Source: Lepidodermella squamata
Lineage: Eukaryota > Animalia > Gastrotricha
Assembly: GCA_047495785.1 (NCBI GenBank)
Contig: JBLDXI010000013.1
Span: 3,844,001 to 3,908,000, forward strand
Reading direction: 5' to 3'
DNA: 64,000 nt
Below are positions 1-12,837 of the stretch, in pieces (the first letter of the stretch is position 1; each line of letters begins with the position of its first letter). A program made the translations under genes and the position numbers. The notes below the pieces were generated by a model. It saw nothing but the letters and a program-made list of their open reading frames with translations, was not told where the DNA came from and searched no databases.

Positions 1-1048
1 CAATCGCATCAGCCCACCGGCATTGAAGCAAAAATCGACCGATATCAGCCGTCGAAAATGATTTCGAAGTCCCGAATCGCTGCGGGCCGAAATAGTTCGC
101 GAAACCAAAATCTCGGATGGCCTCGCAAGTTTTATTCACAGAATCGACTTGTTTAATATTTCGCAAAACAACCTGAAAATGATTGCCGGCCAGTTCGCCC
201 AGTTTAACCGGGTCGGGTTCGTAAGAAAAGTCGGAAACCATAATGCAAGAACTAGGATTTTGATAACCCCTCACAGCGTTCAGAATTTTGTCGGCAGACA
301 TTCGATCAGCCGAAACTCGCTGAGTAGTCGAGCCTCGTTTATCCTTCATACCCGCGAATTGAAACGACCTAATAGGGGCGTGTAAACACCTTGAAAGGTA
401 AGCTAATGCCGCTGATGTGTCGATTTGTTCCTTGTATAGGCGGAAATGGCAATAGCGTTGATCGCCCGGCCAACGCTGGTCATTCGGTCGACGGCGCCCG
501 CCAAATGACGCCTTGGTCACCTTAATCAGGCGCCGATCATCAGGAGTATTGATAGTTTCGGCGACTAAACCCGGCCACAATACTTTGATGGCACAGTGTT
601 GCTGTTTTCTCTCGTCTTTATCGTCAGATGCCTGAAATTCCACAACATCTCTACATTTGTCCTCCTTTCCCGATAGTTCGTTAAGTTGATTTATGGTTTT
701 TTCGTCGAAAAACTCATACAACTTTGTGTTAGCTTCGGAATTTTCGTTAGGCTTTTCAACCGCCTTAACCAGCCAGGATGCGAAAGGAGGTGAGGTATTT
801 CTAGTCAGGCGAATTACTTGGCCATCGGTGGTTAGTTCGTGAACTATGAAATCTGTGTATCGTTGCTTGAATTCGCCGCCAAGACCTGCCGTCGATGGGT
901 TCCAGTATGCCTTCATTCCTATTGATTTCGGATCACGATGGGACGAAATATACGGCATTGGTGCCGAGAGCTTTCCATCGACCGTAGTCGACACATTTTC
1001 GACCAAATCACTCACAACCGCTGAAATTTCACTTTCATTTGAAGCCAT
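1..1048 (-). CDS. PUS7: TruD-family pseudouridine synthase 7, N-terminal part (runs off window start)
   Basis: Manual translation from ATG at 1048 (MASNESEIS...) stays open to the window edge and contains FKQRYTDFIVHE, FAGMKDKRGSTTQ (catalytic Asp), LGELAGNHFQVVLR and FGFANYFGPQRFG. Absent from the ORF track because there is no stop in the window. Confidence 0.92.
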   Translation of the reverse strand, partial: MASNESEISAVVSDLVENVSTTVDGKLSAPMPYISSHRDPKSIGMKAYWNPSTAGLGGEFKQRYTDFIVHELTTDGQVIRLTRNTSPPFASWLVKAVEKPNENSEANTKLYEFFDEKTINQLNELSGKEDKCRDVVEFQASDDKDERKQQHCAIKVLWPGLVAETINTPDDRRLIKVTKASFGGRRRPNDQRWPGDQRYCHFRLYKEQIDTSAALAYLSRCLHAPIRSFQFAGMKDKRGSTTQRVSADRMSADKILNAVRGYQNPSSCIMVSDFSYEPDPVKLGELAGNHFQVVLRNIKQVDSVNKTCEAIRDFGFANYFGPQRFGTSKSFSTADIGRFLLQCRWADAI

Positions 1049-1241
1049 AATACCACTTTGTTAACTCTAAACACAAAAATTGTAAACCACTTAGTTGTTT
1101 ATTTCACTTCATTCGAATGGAATAAATATTAAAGAAAGCAGTGCATCCACCAACATCACAAAATCGTGTTTAGTAGGTAATTGCAAAAAAAGATGAGACC
1201 AACTCTTTGAGTGGCCATGGAATGAACAAAGATGTGTCAAT

Positions 1242-2165
<924 letters not shown>

Positions 2166-2912
2166 TTAATTATACCTAAAATTGTGAATTAATGTTTAAT
2201 ATCAATTCATCGTTATAGAAGCTGCCATCCTACTAAAAGAAAACTAACCGCTCACGCAGCAAGAAAAACGATGCATTCTATAAATCCTAGCAATAGCTCG
2301 TCGGTATCGCTATACGAATCCGTGATCATTCGAATGCGCAAGATTAGTCAAACATTAAATGGCTAACGTGATCATCTATTCAAGAATATCTAACTCGCTT
2401 TTTTCTGTACCATTCTGACTTTTCCACCGTAAAAAAACACAAATATTTACCTGCACTGCTTACTTATTGTCACTGAGCAATCGACCTCTCGATGTCTGTC
2501 TTTCGTCAACATTACTGATAACTTACTGACATCGATTCTACATCGAATTCACCTCTGTAGCATGCAGGGCTTTTTAGAATTGTTACCGACTGTTTCCGAC
2601 GGTTATTAAAGCAAATCGATGGAAACACTTTCGTAAATCGTGTGTTCTTAAGGAGTAACTCTTTAGAAAGAAACTAATCTGCGAGCAACTGCTCTAGCAG
2701 TAACTAGAGCTCAGAGTAATAAACCCAAACAGTTATCTACTCCAGGAGTAAGAGCGTTCTACTCCGGGAGTATGCTACTCTTAAAGTAGCCCTCGGATCA
2801 CCAAATACCATAACATACGACCTCAGTTCGTTAACGTCGCGGAGTACGGTTGGCTGACTTTATTTTCCATCATCATCATCATCATTTTATTGTTTTCCTT
2901 CTGATTGCACCA

Positions 2913-5480
2913 TTTTTTTTTTAATTTTATAAAAGAATAACAGTATTTAGGAATGGATTTATAAATGGGCAAAAAGAGGATCGAGCGCAGAAGTAAGGCG
3001 ACCGTACACAGCATATAAGAATGTTTATATAGGATGATGCGCGCAAGGCACGCATACATTAGATAAGGTGATTAAAATAATAATTAGTTTTATTTAACTA
3101 AGGCCAAATTTGTAAGGACAGGCCATTCTTCCAATATAAATTTTTTGCACGAGTTAACAAAAAGATTTATCGAAGTAATGTTAGTGATAGAGGCAGGTAG
3201 AAGGTTCCATAATTTGGCAGTTCTAATAGCAAAGCTAAAGCCCCTAGGGCAAAGTGAATGTTGAGGAATTGTTAATTTGTTATTAGAATGATGTCGAGTA
3301 GTAGAGAGATTAGGTTTGAGAAAGAAAGTATCGAATTCTAGAGGATGAGACATATTATTAATTATTTTGAACGCCATCGTAAGATCGCGGACTAACCATC
3401 TTTGGTTTAAGGATAGCAATTCAAACTTAGCCAGCCTCTGAATATAGTCGAGGGGAGCCATAGGGGGAGATATAAATCTAGATGTGAAGTTTTTTAAGCA
3501 CTTTTCTAAAAGATTACGATGCTTGATTAAATAAGGCTGCCAGACGCATGAGGCATATAGTAGGTTGGGTAAGACATAAGAATTGAAAGCACGAATTAGA
3601 ACTGAGTGATTTCTGGTGGAAAAAGAGTTCAGGATCAAACCACAAAGGCGACGGCTTTTAGCGTATAGTTGGTTGCAGTGAGACGAGAAGGTCAACCTGC
3701 TATCTATGATGACGCCAAGATCGCTAGTTTCTGTCACCGAGTTGATAATGTGAGAACCGAGTAGATAATTATGGAGTAAGTTCTTAGATCCAAGACGAAG
3801 AATGAAACATTTTTTAAGATTAACTGATAGTTGGTGGGAAGTGAAAAAAGAATAGATAGAGTTAATATCCTGCTGTATATCAGCCGGATTTGTACCCAAT
3901 TTGGGGTAAATCTTAACATCGTCAGCAAATAATCGAATAATGCAAGATTTCACACAGGATGGCAAGTCATTAATGAAAAGAAGGAATAAGATTGGGCCCA
4001 GCACGCTTCCTTGGGGCACACCGGAAGTGACTGGAGACCACTGACAATGAGCATTGTTAATAACGACGCGTTGAGAACGACCAAGTAAAAAATTAGATAT
4101 CCAGTCAAGTAGGCGACCAGAAATGTTGTAGTGTTCTAGTTTATTTATTAGTTTTAAGTGAGAGACGGAATCGAAGGCCTTTTTAAGGTCAAAGTAAATG
4201 CAGTCAACGGGGATGCCCCTGTCAAGTCTAGACGACCACTCGTTGATATTTTCGAGTAGCTGCATTTCGGCACTGCGGCCTGATAGGAACCCAAACTGTT
4301 CGGGAGATAGAATATTATTTTTAGTGAGATGAGATACCATTTCAATCCGAATACAAGACTCCATAACTTTACATGGTATACTGGTTAGGCTAATGGGCCG
4401 ATAGTTTTCGGTTGAAGAGGGGGAGCCACTGTTTTTGAAAATGGGTACAACGTTAGCTAATTTCCAAAAGGCTGGAAGTACACCGGATTCGAAACTTCTA
4501 GAAAAAATTAACGAGAGAGGAAATGCGAGAGAATCGGATAACTTCTTTAATATTGTGGGGTGGACACCGTCAGGCCCCATAGAAGAATTTGCGTCGAGAT
4601 TACGTAATAAAGATTCAATAGTTCTAACAGGAAAAGATACTCTAGACAATTCAGAAGAAGGCGTTTTGGCCAATGATGGAATAGGAATACCATTATCTAC
4701 AGTGAAAACGGATGAAAAGAACGAGTTGAACAATGCACATTTGCTGCTGTCGTCAGTAACAGTAGCACCATTTTGGTCTTTGAGAGATGGAATAGAAGGT
4801 TTAGATTTCAATCTGGTATTAGCATAGTTGAAGAAAGTTTTCATTTTACCATTGTTTATAATGAAGTTTTCATAATCCGCTCTAAGGTTATCATTAAGAG
4901 CCTTCCATTTACGAGAAAATTGATAAAATTTGTCGAGATGGTACTGTTTTTGAGATCGACAGTACTTCGCCCACCATCTTTCACGCTGGTTTTCCAAGCT
5001 ACGAAGATTCTTGTTGAACCAAGGGAGCGAGTTTTGTTTCATCGAGTGATTTTTTAGAGGAACGAAACGAGAGTAACCTTCAAAGATAATGCTAAGAAAG
5101 GTGTCATACATAATGTCAATATTTTCACAAGATGCAAACGTACTGTACCAGTCAAAACTATCAAGATACAAGTCGAAACTAGGCCAGTCGGTTTTGTGAA
5201 AGTTAAGTAGTTTGAGTGGGTTCACAGACAGAGGTTTCATGAAGTCGTTGAAGGACAGTTTGAAGCCCACTGCAAAATGGTCGGAAGTATAGAATGGTTG
5301 AAGGCGTTCGAGGTCATAAACTACAGACGAGCTGTTTGAGAAAACGAGATCGAGAATATTTGTTTTTCTAGTTGGAAACGTAACTAGCTGTTTTGCATCA
5401 AGATCAAGAATTGCATTCAAAAATTTACGGGCTTGAGCATCATACTTAACATCAAAATTAATCCAATCAATAGAATCCAA
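2913..5480 (-). mobile_element. 5'-truncated non-LTR retrotransposon (CR1/Jockey-group LINE) with a 796-codon open ORF2 (end of endonuclease, RT, C-terminus) at 3090-5480
   Basis: ORF has PTRKTNILDLVF..SDH (APE end), GPDGVHP, NYRPISLTS, QFGF, YFDLKKAFDSVSH, GVPQGSVLGP and LFADD. An A-run tail lies at ~2913-2922 on the minus strand. No TSD found. Confidence 0.93.
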
Positions 5481-6195
5481 TCAATTAATCCATGATTCTT
5501 AAACCTACCGTACTCATTGTACTGTCGGACTTTTCCAAAGTGCGAGTTCTTCCGCGACGTGAACGAGTTACGCCCTGGTTCTTCCGAACAGTAACACCGA
5601 ATACCGACAACAGCAACGTCTAGGATAACACCACGTCATCTACAAGTATTTTCCTAACGGCTGTCATTAGTTTCATTAAGCACCCGGATACGACAATTCA
5701 GCAGCTAATCCAAAGCGACAGTTAAGCTTTGACGCGATGAATTCAGAATTGATGGTGCGCGAAAATCCGCCTAATCCGCTCAAAGCTACGGGTATTATTG
5801 AAGACGCACTTGATGAGCATTTAGGTGGCCGTGAGCAATGGCCAATTTTTACAAAATCAAGCAAGTTCGCTGCTTCTTGCACTTACTTGAATTTCCAGGA
5901 CGAAGTCTTGAAATTCGAAATTAGAAATTCGAAGTGACATCAACAGTTCGAAATGTTTTTCTCTAATCCTTTTCTTTCTGTCCCGTGAAATAAAGAATGA
6001 GGTGTAAAAGTTTATACTTTTATGTGGTTTGGATCGCATATAAGTGCCTTAAAAAGTTTTTTCCTAGTATGGTTCAACACACATTTCATGTGAGACTTTC
6101 AGTAACTCTTCGAACGAACTTCGAACTTTCGATTATTGCAAGTCTCGAATAAAATGATCTTCTACAAAAGCATAATTTCAATTTTGAACTGGTAG

Positions 6196-6330
6196 CTAAG
6201 GCCATGCAAGATCTGTACCTGTCCTTAGTCTACGTGCTAAATGTAAACAGCGCCTACAGCGATAACTGATTTCATGACGAATGAAACAGCCAACACCACC
6301 AGTAAAGATTTCGGCAGAATCAGTCTTGCT
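6196..6330 (-). mobile_element. Possible degenerate LINE endonuclease fragment
   Basis: GGVGCFIRHEISY resembles the GGGVxxxV motif of APE endonucleases. Short and otherwise unsupported. Confidence 0.3.
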
Positions 6331-6554
6331 CCCGCAGCATGCCATAATCGAGAAACAGAAACACAAAAATACTAAATTTGCGCGGGTAGTTATCACATTA
6401 AATTTGCAAAATATGCAAAATCAATAAATAATTATGGTTCGTTTAAAATGAAACGTTTAAATAATAGCAGTTACTATGGAGATGGCGTTTACGTAACAAT
6501 TGGGCCTTGTATTGATATCGCGATTCTATTTTTCAAAGCCTATACTCAACCAAA

Positions 6555-7248
6555 GTGAAGAAGCTAGGAAGCCTCATCGGCGACAAGGAGGACTTGGAAC
6601 ATCGTATCCATCTATCGTCATACGCCTTCAACAAGCTCAGTGCCATCTGGAAATCGAATGTCAGGGTCGATCGAAAAGTCAGGATCTACAATTGCAAAGT
6701 GTACTCCATCCTAATGTATAACTGCGAAACGAGAGGTCTAACATCAGACCAGGAGGAACGACTCGATGCCCATCACCGGAGACAACTGCGCAGGGTCCTA
6801 GACATCTACTACCCAGAAGTCATCACCAATGCTGAACTATACGCCAAGACAGGCACTACACCAGCCTCGGAGACAGCCAGACTGAGAAGATGGCGTCTTT
6901 TCGGCCACATTCTACGGCTACCGGCAATGACACCAGCGCAAGCTGCGATGGACCTGTATTTTCGAGCTGGGGGCCAACCATACCTTGGACGGGGTCTGAC
7001 CACACTGCCAAAAGTGCTAGCCAGAGAAATAAGGGAAGCACACAACCACCTCAAAGTCATATATGAAGACCACAACTACGGGAAACTCTGGTATCCTGAT
7101 GTAGCCAGCGCAAAAGACATGGCGATGCTTCGCGATCTCGCCAGCAATCGCAACGGATGGCGACGACTGACCGCTCGAATCTGTACCTCCGCGTCGAAGG
7201 CGGCGAAACCCTCACGGGTGTAAAGCCGTAATCATCATCATCATCATC
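6555..7248 (+). mobile_element. 5'-truncated RTE-like non-LTR retrotransposon 3' fragment with (ATC)n tail and 13-bp TSD
   Basis: ORF 6555-7223 has KVRIYNCKVYSILMYNCET, HRRQLRRVL and RRWRLFGHILR, typical of the RTE ORF2 C-terminus. (ATC)n tail at 7231-7250. Direct repeat ATACTCAACCAAA at 6542-6554 and 7249-7261. Confidence 0.9.
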
Positions 7249-7622
7249 ATACTCAACCAAATGTAATATACTTTATTTTCTTTATAGCTCCGTCATTAAA
7301 TTATCTTATATTTTGGCTCCGTGAATTACCTCTTGTAAATTATCTCTACTCTTGTAAATATTCCTCCAAACTAGTCCTTTGGTAGCTTTCTTGCTACGAC
7401 GGCGTTTGTAGGCTTCGCTGAGTGAGTGGAAAAGCCACCTGGGCACTAATGCCTGGGCCCTGGAGAAACAGTCAGCAATAACTGGAGTACCAGGGGTAGG
7501 GATTTCAATTATGTAGTTATTAAACCAGTTTCAAACTTTCCTAGAGCGTAAGCTCGCGATTTTCTCACAAGCTCCGCCTTATGGTGAAAGCTTGAGTCCG
7601 TCAGGGCGAGGAGAAATCGTAA

Positions 7623-7652
7623 ATCCTGATCCTGATCCTGATCCTGATCCTG
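7623..7652. repeat. (ATCCTG)5 microsatellite
   Basis: Seen directly. Confidence 0.9.
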
Positions 7653-8316
7653 CGAGCACGCGCATAATGGTTGGCTTTTCCTTGCTTCCACCTTCGACCA
7701 TGCAATATACATACTTGGCTGTCGCATGTACATACAGCCCATTATTTGTCTTACTAGCAGGGTTGCGAAGTACTATTCCATGTGGTTGGTCCACGTTGTG
7801 CTGGGGCTATGTAGTTTTCTGCTAAGAGAAGATTTTACGTTTCTTTATATTTGATCATTTACTGGGTCATTTATTTGATATTGGTCATTAATTGCTTATT
7901 TAGACGCCGGAGCGACCTGATTTTACCGAATGTACCGAATTGCGAATTATTAGGCATTATTAGGCCGAAATAAAGGATAGGACCAGACCCTTTTATGATT
8001 TTAACATCGTTTTGCAGCGATCTAACCAGGCACCAGGCAAGCTGGTTGGTCTGATAATGGTCTTTGAAACTTTAAAATACCGTCCCTTATAAATCTATTT
8101 ATATGATAAATTCTTGTTTCTTGTGATCCTTCTGTCCTCATTTGCGCGGCTAATACATATGTATTACATATTCTTCTTTACCGGTCACAATCCAGTCTCT
8201 TGTGCCATCACTTACACCAACATTTCATTTAGTTTGAATTGCTAATAATTAAATGTAAAGTGAACCTTAAAACTTAAAACAATAGTGATTCAGATTTCGT
8301 CGCGATTCCTATTTGA

Positions 8317-9875
8317 ATGGAGCTGGTTACAAGCGCTCCCGGTAAAACTGCTGCTGATATTGAGGCTGAGCTCATCTCTCAGGTTTGTTTGATTTCCGCT
8401 TCAGCTTTTTACAATCAACGAGCTATTTTCAGAATATTTTTAATTGTTCGAGCCTTAGATAATTCACACTAGCACTTTTCATACAATTGATCATTATTTT
8501 CTTCCTTTAGCTTCAATTGGCAATTAGTAAAGACCATTCCGGCCCAGTGAACGCTGTGGCACTATGTGAAAAGGACACATTTGTTGTATCCGTCTCGGAC
8601 GATCATTTAATCAACGTTCATCGATATGATCATCCCAGCTTGGAGGACTTTTCTATGAAGCTAGTTCAATCATTTGATAACCACTCGGAGGAAATAAATG
8701 GTTGCTCTCTGGACAATGATGCGACAAGGTAATTTTACTCACTCAAATTGTTCCCAATGATTAGGAGTTGGTTCTAATAATTCACTAGGTTGCTTACGTA
8801 TGGGTATGATTGTAAAGCAGTCATCACAGACATGGCGACTGGGAATCCTATCGTTAGCTAGTTTTTTTCAAGCCAATACTGCGAATTACATTGCGAGTTA
8901 TATTTTGCTTTCAGTGGCAGTATCAGACGGAGGATGTGATCACTGCTGGTCATATATCACCGAACGGTCAGTTCGTTTCTTTGGCTATAAGTGGAGGCAA
9001 AGATCTCGTCATTGTTGACTCTGGTGCTGCCAATGCCGTTCACTCTCTTCCAAGTTTTCATTCCGGAAAAACAATTTTATCAACTCGATGGTCTCCGAAC
9101 ACGTCTCGTCTGGTTAGCTGCGGAGCAGATAATATTGCCAGACTTTACGATCTTCGGACTAACAAAGCTACTCTTGTGCTTAAAGGCCACACTAATGCTG
9201 TTTCCGACGCAGCTTTCTCCACAAATGAACATTGGCTAGTAACAACATCTTGGGATAAAACTATTGCAATGTGGAGCCTTTCAAGTGGCACTTTCCGCAA
9301 CGAGGGTCCTGGAACATTTGGTCGCGGCCATAACAGTTCCGTATCATGCTGTAGCATCAAGCCTGATGGCAGTCAAGTGTGTAGTGGAAGCTACGATAAG
9401 AGTATTTTTGTTTGGGACTCTGAATCTGGAAACGTTATCGCACGATTACCGGTAAATTTTGTTAAATATTTTGTTATCCATCTTGAATTTTTTGTTTTTA
9501 TCAGGGCTGTACCGATTGGGTGAATGACGTTGAAATGACTGCTAATGGCGAAGTAGTATTTGCAGCTTCTCGAGACGGAACGCTGCGTGCCCTGAGTGTC
9601 GAACGTGCGGCTGACAGCAGATTGGCCGCGTGTGGTCGTCGAGCTTTAGGTGTAACGGTAGTTCGTTGCTCAATGTGTGGAAAGGTAAATTTTTTGTTCC
9701 ATTTTCATTACCTGCTCAGCTAATCTCGCTTTTTCAGCCTTACTCAATAGGAGACACTACTGAACTGGACGATGTCGAAATGCGATATTGCGTGTTTTGC
9801 CGATTGTCTCGGCGTGAGAAAAAGAAGTTTTTGACTGACTCGAACTTCGGTAAACAAGAAGCTGCTGCCAAATGA
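8317..9875 (+). CDS. WDR88: WD40-repeat protein with C-terminal CxxC...CVFCR module (multi-exon)
   Basis: Several GH...WD repeats. GTFRNEGPGTFGRGHNSSVSCC and the C-terminal RCSMCGKPYSI...YCVFCRL match the WDR88 layout as I recall it. The first exon at 8317 is inferred from ATG plus a GT donor. Confidence 0.75.
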
Positions 9876-10427
9876 TATACCATGATTTTTAAAATAAAAT
9901 TTTTCACAAAATGGTTTGGAAATATTTTCGTTTTGTTTTATTCCATATTCCAATCAGCATTGTCGTAAAGTTAGTCTTTGTTCATCAAATTTTACAAAAG
10001 GGAGGGTAAAAGCATATTCGTGAATCATGATCGCAGTCACGTCGAGAGAAGAAAAGCGCGCAAAACTACGATGAAATGGCGCAGAACACAGAGAAATTCG
10101 ATGCCATAACGCTAAAAATTGAATATTATATTATTAATAAACAATAGATTCCTGCTCAGATCGTGTGTTAGACGTTATTCATCTCGTTGTGTTTGTTCTT
10201 GTTGAAAGCGAGGTAATAACATGCAAACACTGACAAGTGTTAAAAATTTCTACGTAAACTTGACATAGATAATGCATAAAGTATTTTGCCAGTCAATTAT
10301 ATTTTACAATAAATTAATGAAGGTTAAATTATCGCACTTGCAGGTGACAGTAATTTAAGGTACCAGGAGAGAGGTGGTTAAAATAGTAGAGTAAATACAT
10401 TTATAGAAACATTAATTCCTGCTCGTT

Positions 10428-12837
10428 TCATAAGGCCGATTCATTTTTGGAGCTCTTCTTTTTCCGCGAGACTTTCGGACTGTCATGGACTCCACTGTCA
10501 TTTGAGTTAGAATTCCTATCATCAGCCGCTCCGTTAGCTTTGCTGACGCAAAGAGCCGACAAAAGCGGGTGACATGCCGAGATCAAGGCGCTCTGAGTCG
10601 CTGGTCCCGGAAGTTTGCTCCCTGAGGGTGACCTCGAACGAGACCTTTCCGACTTTGTTCGGGCTAGGGTCGTTTCTACTTGATCCGAGCCATTCGCCTG
10701 GCGAACTAATAACGAATTGGTTCTTGACGGCTTGTTTGACGATGGGTTGCGAAGTGAGCCCGAAATCGAGCCGTTGATAGAACTGCGCCGGCTCGTGTCT
10801 TTCGGTTGCTCCTCCATAATGGTACCGGCGTTGTGATGGATCCAGTGCTGAAGAAGGGCGGCGAGTAGGGTTCGGATGTTAAGGCTGATAACGGCGGAGG
10901 TTTCCAACCAGCTGGCACCGACTGATTTGGCGGCAGCTCGGCCGGCTGATCGGCTGACGGAACCGCCTGAAAGTTCGCGCGTGAGTCCTCGAAGTGGCGA
11001 GCCGCTGAGACTAGCAGCGGCGTTATTGGCCACGACGCCGCTTAGGTCGGCTTTATTCGCGACCATGCAAAGCGCCGTTCGTTTCGGGGTTCGCTGGGCT
11101 GTGTATGAAAGCAGGGTTCGAGCGACAGATACGCTTGACATGTCGGCTACTGAATAGACGGCTATCGCCGCATCGGGAATGCCTTGAGACTGAAATAGAC
11201 ACAAAATCGATTAATATAGTATAGGTATAAGTTTTTCTCCGCATTATTTAACATTTGATTGTGATTCCGAAAAACCTCAGGGACACGATTGATTTTAGCG
11301 AGAATTTTCCAATAAATGACGCTCTCCGATTTCGGAAGTATAATTTCCTCATCTGATTGCCGAATAGTTTTTTTTCTAAAATTCTAGATTTTGGTGAATT
11401 AAAGTTGAAACAACTAGATTCCCACTGAGCTTTTATGATTTTTCCAAGTTGACCTGCTTTTTAGTCCGGATTATAATGGGAAGGCCGAAATAGTATCTAA
11501 CTAGGTCGGAGTATTAACCTGAGGCAAGACACTGAAACCCTTCAGTTCTGCACTAGTTTTTTCGCAGAATTAAACTTAAACACAAAGGAAAACAGCTTAC
11601 CAGGCAGCGTTCAACATCTTCTTCGTTCGCAGCACAACGCGCCGTAAAATTGACAATATCCTGATCGACCTCGAGATAGGACCTTGCGACAATGCAAGTT
11701 TGTTCGTCCCAAGAAATTTCACTGTCTGAAATGGAAAAAAAATTGAAATATTTAAAAAAAGCGTGATCATTACTAACCAATGCTAGCCAGACGGTTTCGG
11801 TCATTTTCGTTGCCCATAGGAGGAGCGGAGGCAGCTGTTAGCAGGCTACGGACAATCTCCTTCTTGCCGACACCTTCTTGCCCAATCAGCAGAAGTTCCA
11901 TCAATTTGATATCAGCTGATGATGGCACGCTGCTCGCCTCAAGCGGCGTCAACTGCCGAATCGCAATTTCACACCGCTTCGGCTCTGGCCTCGCGCCAAG
12001 AAACGACAACAAACGACTGGCAACACTAGGCCGGCGTTCGACGGCGAAATGGAAAATCTGCCCGCCACTCATACGTCGGCCGCCGTCGTGACCGTTCGGC
12101 GTATTCGTGCTATAGGCACGCGGACGATACGGTTCATCGCCCGTGTCGGAAATCGCGCAGTCACGGTCGAGTGGGTCGACTAAAGGATCGTCACTGTTGC
12201 TTTGCACACCGCCATGTTGCTGAGGGTGCTGTGGGGGTGATCGGCTCGAAGGGCGCCCGGAGAAGGTGTACGCCCTAGGCCGGCTGCCACTGCTCGACGA
12301 CCCGGATGAAGCCATGTCATGGAAACGGCTGTTATTCTCGTCGTCAGTGATCATTATTCGATGGCTGGTACTACCAGGGTGGTCGCCATCCATCGCCGCT
12401 CGCCATTTTTCAATGATCTCCTCCATCAAACCCTCTCGGGTGACTGCAACCCGTTCTGGGATTGAGAGGCCCCGTTGCGACGACCCGCTGCTGCTACTTC
12501 GACTGCGAGACGAGGCTCGTGAAGATGCGTTTGAATACCTCCGATCGACATTTATAGTCGCCAAATTTTTCTGGTAAATACTATTTGCATCGACGCTGTT
12601 TGGTAGCATAGGCGCACCGGTTGCTCCGCTGGGTGATCGGCGAACGGCCTTGTTACTACTGCCATCGCCACTACTATCCTCGCCGTTGTCTGGGATAGTT
12701 TCAAGCTGGTTTTCATTCGTTGAGTCGAAGCTCTGACCCTGGTCGAGCGATGAATTTGGGTCAGGGATGCGAACACCGCCCGACAACGATTCGGCGTAGT
12801 ACCGATCGAATTCGTCCGCAAATCGGCCGTTTTGCAT
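10428..12837 (-). CDS. Divergent RGK-like (Rad/Gem/Rem) small GTPase with long low-complexity N- and C-terminal extensions (3 coding exons)
   Basis: LLLIGQEGVGKK (G1-like), DAAIAVYSVAD, MVANKADL (G4) and WLETSA (G5). Ser/Arg-rich N-terminus. Confidence 0.7.

Noticed and set aside
6470-6483. X-box-like GTTACTATGGAGAT upstream of WDR88
   Set aside because: It has a weak second half-site and lies ~1.8 kb from the ATG inside a TE island.
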